From positions 1 to 35,677 of the IMG/VR virus record IMGVR_UViG_3300009684_000085: a stretch of DNA of 35,677 nucleotides. One strand, 5' to 3'. The translations under genes and the position numbers were made by a program. The stretch comes from a virus (taxonomy: Duplodnaviria > Caudoviricetes). The stretch's first letter is position 1. Every line of letters begins with the position of its first letter. The notes under the pieces are model-generated. The model saw only the letters and a list, made by a program, of their open reading frames with translations. It ran no database searches and was not told the DNA's origin. This document shows, in pieces, positions 27,248 through 33,793 of this stretch.

Positions 27248-28189
27248 TTAAATTATCGGGGTAGTGTTGGTAACACTAGCTGCCGTATCCTGTATTGTCG
27301 TTATTTCTGCTTTAATTGGATCAGTAACCGTTTTAACGGCATCCGTTATACTTCCAGTTGCAATCGTTTTAATTTCAGTAATTGCTGAAGTTAGTTCTGA
27401 AGTTGCTTCAGCTAAACAAGCTTGTAAAAGTGCTTGTAGTTCTGCTGGAGCATTTTGAATCTCTTGAATAATTTCAGCCATCTTTTGTACATAAGCTTGT
27501 AACTCTTTAATTTGCTCTTGAACAGGTTCAACTTCTTTCTGTATTGCTTTTACTCTAGCTTTAGCTGATGAAATTTGTTGTTTAATATCTTCAACTGCAG
27601 GAGTAGAAGCTATACTAGCAAAAAATCCTTCAATTGTTGTTCTTAATCCGCCAACAAATAACATAATTTCTGCTTTTGCTTTGGCTAAGTCTTTATTTGT
27701 AATGGCACAGATATCACAGTTGTGTGCTCTTTCTTTATAAGCCTTTTCTAAAGCAGTACCTTCAAACACACCTCTTGCTAATGGTGCTGTTAACGGCTTG
27801 CCAATTTCTTCTTGTTTCTGTCCTGCTGGTGGTTTTGGTGCCGCTGCAATTTCTGCGGGTGTTCGTGGGTCTTGAAATCCTTTATCTCCGCCAATAGAAG
27901 GTTTGATGCCTGGATATATTCCAATAACAACAGGTGATTGGCCAGATTCTCCGTCTTGAAAGAATCCCATCACATAATCACCTTCTTTAGGTGTAGAGAA
28001 ACTTGTGGCTGCGTTTGGTGCAGCCATACAAGCCACCCAAGGTAAATCTGCCGTAGGAATTAACTGTTTATTTTCTGTGTGGTGACCAAAAATACGAACT
28101 TGAACACGACCCATTTTTAATGGATCCATTCGGCTCTCTACTACGCCAACCCACCAAGAAAATCCGTCTTTACCAATAAAATTTTCCAT
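27248..28189 (-). CDS. gp5: Baseplate hub gp5 N-terminal part (OB-fold) with a helical/coiled-coil C-terminal region
   Basis: WWVGVVESRMDPLKMGRVQVRIFGHH...LPW...GDYVMGFFQDG..Q.PVVIG, GFQDP, PLARG. Confidence 0.9.
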   Translation of the reverse strand: MENFIGKDGFSWWVGVVESRMDPLKMGRVQVRIFGHHTENKQLIPTADLPWVACMAAPNAATSFSTPKEGDYVMGFFQDGESGQSPVVIGIYPGIKPSIGGDKGFQDPRTPAEIAAAPKPPAGQKQEEIGKPLTAPLARGVFEGTALEKAYKERAHNCDICAITNKDLAKAKAEIMLFVGGLRTTIEGFFASIASTPAVEDIKQQISSAKARVKAIQKEVEPVQEQIKELQAYVQKMAEIIQEIQNAPAELQALLQACLAEATSELTSAITEIKTIATGSITDAVKTVTDPIKAEITTIQDTAASVTNTTPII

Positions 28190-29565
28190 TATGCCTCTTC
28201 AGCTGCTTTCCAAACCGGATCACCATTATTAACATTCATTGGTGAAGTTGGTGAACTATCTTTCGCCAATTCTAAAATTGTTTTATATCTGTTTGGAACT
28301 TCAATCATATGCCTTACTGCTGTTACCAAATATTTACCAGAATATAATTTATCCAAATCTTTCGAATCATTTGATGGTTTTAATGTCATCAATTTAAAAT
28401 TAACCACTCGACCCACAGCAATACCTGGATCACCAGGTATAGAAATTTTCATTGTGGTGTAATTTGCCAAAGAAATTTGTGCTGTTCTGTTTGGAACATA
28501 AGTTTCAATAAAAATATCTTTGCCTACACCAGATTCAGCCTGTTTGATATAAGGAATACTCGTTTGATTTGAATTGCCTATAACAACTTTAATTGCACTT
28601 TCATAAGATTCATTGTTTGTTTTACCCAAACGATTCTTATAATTGTTACCAACATCACCTGGATTTAGTGAAGTGGATTGTGCTTTAAACTTTTTATAAT
28701 CAAAATTAGTTACTTTATATGACCTTGTTAGTGGGTCGATTGAAATCAATTGATTGGCCATTGTACCAGAACTAATTTCATTTAACATATCATACGGTTT
28801 ACCAAATTCATAATCAAGAACAGTTAATACTTTCTCTTGCATACTTTGTTCTTTTTCATCAAGGTTTTTTACCTGATACTTATAATCAGCATACACCGAG
28901 TCTTTAAACATTGTCTGAATCGACCTAAAATTAAATCCACCCCGTGTTTGAAAGAATAAGAAATCGGCACCAGGTGAAGTTTTTGGTCTAGCATAACAAG
29001 ATAACCAACTAATTGCTTCAAAAGGTTTTAATCTTGGAATTAAAAAATCATAAACACCTGTGGATTCTTCAACAATTTCAATTTTATTAGGTTCAACTTT
29101 TAAGTAATCGGTCAAAATACTTTTAACCATTACATTAATTTTTTTACCTTTGTAAGACTTACTTATCTTTAATTGTTCAGACAATAGTAATTCTTCTGAA
29201 CAGAAGTATAATGTATAAGTTTCCGAATTCAAATTACCTGACGGGTTTCTATCACCAACCTTATACACCCTAAAGATTTGGTCGTTGGTGTTGTTACCTC
29301 CACTCGTTTTACCAAAACTAACTTCAATGAATTCATTACCGGTTAACTGTAATGCTTCCAAGAATCCTTGAGCATCAATTAAAGTAATCTCACCTGAAAC
29401 TACGAAACTAAAAAGGTCCTCATAATAGGACATACTTACCAACAATTTTTTTAGTTCGGTTCTTTGGCCACTAGCACTCAAAAAGTTTAATGTATTTAAC
29501 GAATAGTCTTGGGGGTAACCAACACCAGAGGTTTCACTATCACCCGATAAAAAATCTTCTTCCAT
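28189..29565 (-). CDS. gp27: Baseplate hub protein (gp27 / Mu gp44 / P2 gpD-like)
   Basis: YYEDLFSFVVSGEITLID...GNE, PRLKPFEAISWL, IPGDPGIAVG, SGKYLVTAVRHMI; position between gp53 and gp5. Confidence 0.7.
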   Translation of the reverse strand: MEEDFLSGDSETSGVGYPQDYSLNTLNFLSASGQRTELKKLLVSMSYYEDLFSFVVSGEITLIDAQGFLEALQLTGNEFIEVSFGKTSGGNNTNDQIFRVYKVGDRNPSGNLNSETYTLYFCSEELLLSEQLKISKSYKGKKINVMVKSILTDYLKVEPNKIEIVEESTGVYDFLIPRLKPFEAISWLSCYARPKTSPGADFLFFQTRGGFNFRSIQTMFKDSVYADYKYQVKNLDEKEQSMQEKVLTVLDYEFGKPYDMLNEISSGTMANQLISIDPLTRSYKVTNFDYKKFKAQSTSLNPGDVGNNYKNRLGKTNNESYESAIKVVIGNSNQTSIPYIKQAESGVGKDIFIETYVPNRTAQISLANYTTMKISIPGDPGIAVGRVVNFKLMTLKPSNDSKDLDKLYSGKYLVTAVRHMIEVPNRYKTILELAKDSSPTSPMNVNNGDPVWKAAEEA

Positions 29566-29566
29566 A

Positions 29567-30166
29567 TTATACAGCCATCAAGTTTTGAAATTCGGTTTCC
29601 AGTTGGTCAACATATTTCTTATTCAATATGTTAATTGTTCTTTTGGATTCATTTAAAGATAATTCATAATCATAGATACTAACTGGTCGTTTAGTAACAC
29701 TAATTGTAACTGGACCTGTTGGTAGTGTTACAGTTTTATTTGTTTCTAATAGAGTAATATAGGTGCCTACATCAATTTTAATTATTTCCGCGGTTTGTGT
29801 TTGAGTATTAATATCAAATTGAGTTACAATTTTCTCATAGTGATGAATTTCTGAAGTAGTTTCAATGTTTGGATACTTACTCTGTATATATCGATAGAAT
29901 ACCTTAGAACTCAACGGCCAATCCCATTGCGGGTCGAGTAATTGATTGGCAAACAAAACAATCCAATATCTATAAGATGAACCGTAATACTTATGTGCAA
30001 CAATTTCTGGTGTATCATCTTCTTGTAAATTATATTGATAATAAACTACTGAATTTTTTAAAATAGAAGGCAACATACTGGCTCTTGCCATAATATTAGT
30101 AGCAATTCTGGAGATTCCAGAATCGTTGGTGTAAATTATCTTTGGTAGAGAATCAAAGTATTGCAT
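29567..30166 (-). CDS. gp53: Baseplate wedge subunit gp53 (LysM-like)
   Basis: YFDSLP, DTPEIVAHKYYG...WIVLFANQLLDPQWDWPLS, HHYE, YELSLNESKRTI. Confidence 0.9.
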   Translation of the reverse strand: MQYFDSLPKIIYTNDSGISRIATNIMARASMLPSILKNSVVYYQYNLQEDDTPEIVAHKYYGSSYRYWIVLFANQLLDPQWDWPLSSKVFYRYIQSKYPNIETTSEIHHYEKIVTQFDINTQTQTAEIIKIDVGTYITLLETNKTVTLPTGPVTISVTKRPVSIYDYELSLNESKRTINILNKKYVDQLETEFQNLMAV

Positions 30167-30168
30167 TT

Positions 30169-31077
30169 TTAGTAACCACCTTCAATTTTTGTTCTATCAA
30201 CAAGAGAAATTTCTTTGAAATCCAATGTCAATGTTGTTTGTACCGGTGCACCATCCGAATGAGCAGTCCATCCGTTAGGCGCATAATCTACTGTAATATT
30301 TTGAATAACACTTTCCGCAACTTTACTAATGTTTTTGTTTTCAGCACCGTTATATAAAAATTTAAGATTAAATGTTGCGGGTATTACAAAGAACATACCT
30401 GCGGCAGACTTTGTAATTTTAGGTAAAGAATACTTTTTAAATGTAGTTACAATATTCTTTACTGCTTGTGCTTCTTCTTTGGAATAAGGAGTAAATGTAA
30501 AAGCTAATTGATAAGTTCTAAAATCGATACCATCAAATAACAATTGCATCTTTGGGTTAACAGCAAGACCTTGTGTAGATAATGCTAATTTAGCTGCGTC
30601 TGTTTGTGAAGTTGAAATAACTTTCGAAATGAGACCTGGCTTTTGACCTTCTTTAGGAGCAGTAACTTGGCCACCTACACTTAACAATGAAGTGCTACCA
30701 TATTGTGCAGCGTAGGTAAAGTTAAGTGTGTCTGGCATATATAAAGAAATTGTAGCCACATTAGTTTTTGTTCTGGCATTTAAAGACAAGTTAACACTTT
30801 TGGCAGCATCATATAAACCTAAAACAGTATTTTTTGCTGCATCAAACCAGTTATCATTTGATGGTTGAAATGCTGATACGGCTTTATCGTAGGTGGCTTC
30901 ATTTACTTCATTAACACTAAATTGAACCACATGGCCTCTGGTGGCTGAACTTAAATCTCTTGGATATTGTAAAAAAGATGAACCGTATTTGCTTCCAAAT
31001 AAAGCACTTAACGGACCTGTAATAGCACCAGGAATACTTACGCCACCGATTGATGTTGGAATTGAGATTAATGCCAT
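30169..31077 (-). CDS. gp48: Baseplate tail tube cap gp48 (start revised to ATG 31077, MALISIP...)
   Basis: YPRDL, ISLYMP, NPKMQLLFDGIDFRTYQLAFTFTPYSKEEA, VDYAP, TLTLDFKE; the ORF-track start at 31134 lies upstream of the late promoter. Confidence 0.88.
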   Translation of the reverse strand: MALISIPTSIGGVSIPGAITGPLSALFGSKYGSSFLQYPRDLSSATRGHVVQFSVNEVNEATYDKAVSAFQPSNDNWFDAAKNTVLGLYDAAKSVNLSLNARTKTNVATISLYMPDTLNFTYAAQYGSTSLLSVGGQVTAPKEGQKPGLISKVISTSQTDAAKLALSTQGLAVNPKMQLLFDGIDFRTYQLAFTFTPYSKEEAQAVKNIVTTFKKYSLPKITKSAAGMFFVIPATFNLKFLYNGAENKNISKVAESVIQNITVDYAPNGWTAHSDGAPVQTTLTLDFKEISLVDRTKIEGGY

Positions 31078-31106
31078 GGAGTTTCTCTTTAAAGATTGAT
31101 TATACA

Positions 31107-31114
31107 TATTTATA
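31107..31114 (-). promoter_or_regulatory. Perfect T4 late promoter TATAAATA heading the leftward baseplate operon
   Basis: Exact consensus, ~30 nt upstream of the gp48 ATG, in the divergent intergenic region. Confidence 0.85.
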
Positions 31115-31143
31115 TCGAATACCAACAATAACAATTTAATAAT

Positions 31144-31590
31144 ATGGCTAAAAATTCACCTTATACTGGAAAATTTGTACCAAGAAACCCAAAGAAGTAT
31201 GTTGGAGATGTTAATAATATAATTTATAGAAGTTCCTGGGAATGCAAAGTCATGTCGTGGTTGGATAATAATTCAAATATTTTAAGTTGGGGAAGTGAAG
31301 AATTTTATATAAAATACATCAGTCCGATTGACAATAAGCCTCATAGATATTTTCCTGATTTTATCGTTAAGATGAGAACTAGAGATGGAACACTTAAAAC
31401 AATGGTGTTGGAGGTTAAACCTAAAAAACAAACGATCCAACCGGAAATTCGTAAAAGAATCACTAAACAATACCTTAATGAAGTTACTACATGGGGTGTC
31501 AACCAATCCAAATGGAAAGCAGCAGAAGAATACTGTTTAGATCGTGGATGGGTATTTCAATTAATTACGGAAGACCATCTCGGACTCTAA
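31144..31590 (+). CDS. gp4: Head completion nuclease gp4 (TnsA-like PD-(D/E)xK)
   Basis: GKFVPRNPKKYVGD...YRSSWE, WGSEE, HRYFPDF, EVKPKKQT, NQSKWKAA. Confidence 0.95.
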   Translation: MAKNSPYTGKFVPRNPKKYVGDVNNIIYRSSWECKVMSWLDNNSNILSWGSEEFYIKYISPIDNKPHRYFPDFIVKMRTRDGTLKTMVLEVKPKKQTIQPEIRKRITKQYLNEVTTWGVNQSKWKAAEEYCLDRGWVFQLITEDHLGL

Positions 31591-31597
31591 CTAAATA
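31590..31597 (+). promoter_or_regulatory. Late promoter-like box ACTAAATA upstream of gp2
   Basis: Core TAAATA between the gp4 stop and the gp2 ATG. Confidence 0.45.
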
Positions 31598-31602
31598 ATC
31601 AA

Positions 31603-32196
31603 ATGGCATCTAAACTTACTGAACTCGCACAGCAAAAAACAACATCGGAACTCCAGACTATGTCTAGAGATTCTATGAAATGGTTGACCAAAAAGATTGC
31701 GAATATTAACAATCCTGGTGCCATTGCCGATGGTATGAGTGCTGAGAAGTTTAGGCAGACCAACAAGTTTAGATTAGGTGGTCTATATTGTTTTTTCTAT
31801 GACCCCAAGACCAAAGATTCATTACCATATTATGATACTTTTCCTTTGGTTCTGGCACTTGAACGATATAATGATGGATTTTTAGGGTTGAACCTACATT
31901 ACTTGCCACTCCGTTACAGATTGGCATTTTTGACTAAGCTGATGGATTTCGCCTCCTATGACGATAAAAATGAGATTCAAAGGTTACGCATCACTTATGA
32001 TATTTTAAGCGCATCCAAGCGCCTTAAAGAGTTCAAACCATGCATTAAAAAGTATTTAACAAGTCACATCCAGTCAAATATACTTACCATTCAGCCAAAT
32101 GAGTGGGATGTGGCAGCTTTTCTGCCTATCCAACAGTTCAAGAAGGCTTCAGCAGGTAAGGTATGGCAAGAATCCGTAGAAAGTATAAGGAACTAA
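31603..32196 (+). CDS. gp2: DNA end protector protein gp2
   Basis: FFYDPKTKDSLPYYDTFPLV, GFLGLNLHYLP, PCIKKYL, FLPIQQF. Confidence 0.95.
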   Translation: MASKLTELAQQKTTSELQTMSRDSMKWLTKKIANINNPGAIADGMSAEKFRQTNKFRLGGLYCFFYDPKTKDSLPYYDTFPLVLALERYNDGFLGLNLHYLPLRYRLAFLTKLMDFASYDDKNEIQRLRITYDILSASKRLKEFKPCIKKYLTSHIQSNILTIQPNEWDVAAFLPIQQFKKASAGKVWQESVESIRN

Positions 32197-32197
32197 A

Positions 32198-32857
32198 ATG
32201 GCAGGCAGTATAAATGAATTTAAATCGAGTTTTACAAAGGATGTAGCGAGAACTAATAGGTTTGATGTTTCCATTCCTATACCATTAACTCTGATTCCTT
32301 ATATTTCATCAGCTAAAAATGTAAACTATCGTTGTGAATCTGCTAATTTACCTGGAAGAACTTTTGGTACTATTGAACAAAAAACATATGGTCCAATCGA
32401 AAAGTTTCCGTATATGAATACTTACAACGATTTGGATTTAACATTTATTGTTGATGATGATATGAACCAAAAAGTATTCTTTGATGCATGGATGAGTTAT
32501 ATTAATCCATTATATAATTATAATTATAGATATAAAAGTGATTATTCAACCGTAATTACTGTTAATCAATATGATGTATCAAATCAATTATCATATTCAA
32601 TTAATTTGTATGATGCTTATCCTGTTTCCATGAATCAAATGGATTTAAATTGGGCAGATGAAGGTTATCATAAGATTTCAGTAACATTTGCGTACACATA
32701 CTGGCAGAACAATTCTGTGCAAGCGATGGGAATGCAGTTGGTGGATGCTGGTATCAATGCTGTAACATCATTAGTACCTGGTGGTTTAGGTGGATCAGCA
32801 GTCGGTAATTTAACAGGATTAACAAACAATTTACCAAATAGGATTTCAAATTTTTAA
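32198..32857 (+). CDS. gp54: Baseplate tail tube initiator gp54 (gp19 tube-fold family)
   Basis: ARTNRFDV, CESANLPG, LTFIVDDD...FFDAW, LYDAYP..M...L.W, VTFAYTYW. Confidence 0.75.
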   Translation: MAGSINEFKSSFTKDVARTNRFDVSIPIPLTLIPYISSAKNVNYRCESANLPGRTFGTIEQKTYGPIEKFPYMNTYNDLDLTFIVDDDMNQKVFFDAWMSYINPLYNYNYRYKSDYSTVITVNQYDVSNQLSYSINLYDAYPVSMNQMDLNWADEGYHKISVTFAYTYWQNNSVQAMGMQLVDAGINAVTSLVPGGLGGSAVGNLTGLTNNLPNRISNF

Positions 32858-32882
32858 GATGATTTTATCATAAGGAGTTATT

Positions 32883-33608
32883 ATGGCTTTACCAAAACTT
32901 GATGTGCCAACATATGAGATAGAATTGCCGATATCTAAAAAGAAAATTAAGTATCGGCCTTTCCTTGTTAAAGAACAGAGAAATCTGTTAATGGCGTTAG
33001 AATCAAACGAGTCCAGTACAATTCAACAAAATGTTCGTGATATTTTAGATAATTGCACTATTACAGAAGGTATCGATATTGATTCTTTACCTATTGTTGA
33101 TGTTGAATATTACTTTATCAATCTTCGTGGTAAATCGGTGGGTGAAGTTGTAGAATCCAAATACCGTTGCAACAATGAAGTGAATGGTAAAGAATGTGGC
33201 AATATCATGGAAAAAGAAATCAATTTGAACGAGATTAAAGTTGAAGTTGATGAAACTAATAATCCAGAAATTCAATTGACTAATAAAATTGTTATCAAAA
33301 TGAAATATCCAGAATTTGGTATTGTAAGACAATCAATGAAGTATAAAGATGTTACGGATTTAACATTTAATATGATTGCTGAAAGTATCGAATACATCTA
33401 TGATGGTGAACAATTCTATTACGCACATGAAGCTCAACCAGGCGAAATGATGGATTTTGTTGAATCTATGAATCAAGAGCAATTCCTAAAACTTGAACAG
33501 TTTTTTGATAAGTTACCAAAACTACAAGAAACAGTTGAAATGGATTGCAAGAAATGTGGCTTTCACCACAAAATTCTGGTCGAAGGGCTAGAAAATTTTT
33601 TCGGTTAA
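32883..33608 (+). CDS. gp26: Baseplate hub assembly chaperone gp26
   Basis: MALPKLDVPTYEIELP...YRPFLVKE, LRGKSVGE, MKYP, CKKCG, EGLENFF; SD AAGGAG. Confidence 0.9.
   Translation: MALPKLDVPTYEIELPISKKKIKYRPFLVKEQRNLLMALESNESSTIQQNVRDILDNCTITEGIDIDSLPIVDVEYYFINLRGKSVGEVVESKYRCNNEVNGKECGNIMEKEINLNEIKVEVDETNNPEIQLTNKIVIKMKYPEFGIVRQSMKYKDVTDLTFNMIAESIEYIYDGEQFYYAHEAQPGEMMDFVESMNQEQFLKLEQFFDKLPKLQETVEMDCKKCGFHHKILVEGLENFFG
33593..33602 (+). promoter_or_regulatory. Candidate -1 ribosomal frameshift site (overlapping heptamers A_AAT_TTT and T_TTT_TTC)
   Basis: Both are X_XXY_YYZ in the gp26 frame just before its stop; the -1 frame is the gp51 frame. Confidence 0.7.
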
Positions 33609-33793
33609 CACTTCGTCATGACAATTTAAAGAACTATTATAGAACAAATTTTAGTTTAATGCAGCACCACAAATACAGCTTGACCGAACTTGAAAATATG
33701 ATGCCTTGGGAACGAGATATTTACATCTCTATGTTGATCCAATTTATTGAAGAAGAAAACGCTAAGATAAAAGAAAGACAGACGAGAAAGTAA
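33602..33793 (+). CDS. gp51: gp51 C-terminal domain (hub assembly catalyst), probably expressed as a gp26-gp51 frameshift fusion
   Basis: NYYRTNFSLMQHHKYSLTELENMMPWERDIY motif; no in-frame ATG before the conserved YYxTNF; ORF-track start 33545 is a TTG inside gp26. Confidence 0.85.
   Translation, partial: RLTLRHDNLKNYYRTNFSLMQHHKYSLTELENMMPWERDIYISMLIQFIEEENAKIKERQTRK

Noticed and set aside
27240-27250. Frameshift or readthrough joining the two gp5 halves
   Set aside because: No slippery heptamer at the junction, and the downstream gene has its own SD and ATG
31078-31134. N-terminal extension of gp48 in the ORF track
   Set aside because: Spans the TATAAATA promoter; ATG 31077 is the plausible start
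31144-31590. TnsA-like nuclease as a sign of a Tn7 transposon
   Set aside because: Motifs and synteny with gp2 and gp48 identify it as the core gp4 head completion protein
33545-33601. TTG start for an 82-aa gp51
   Set aside because: Lies inside gp26 coding sequence without a convincing SD, and the added residues show no gp51-like motif
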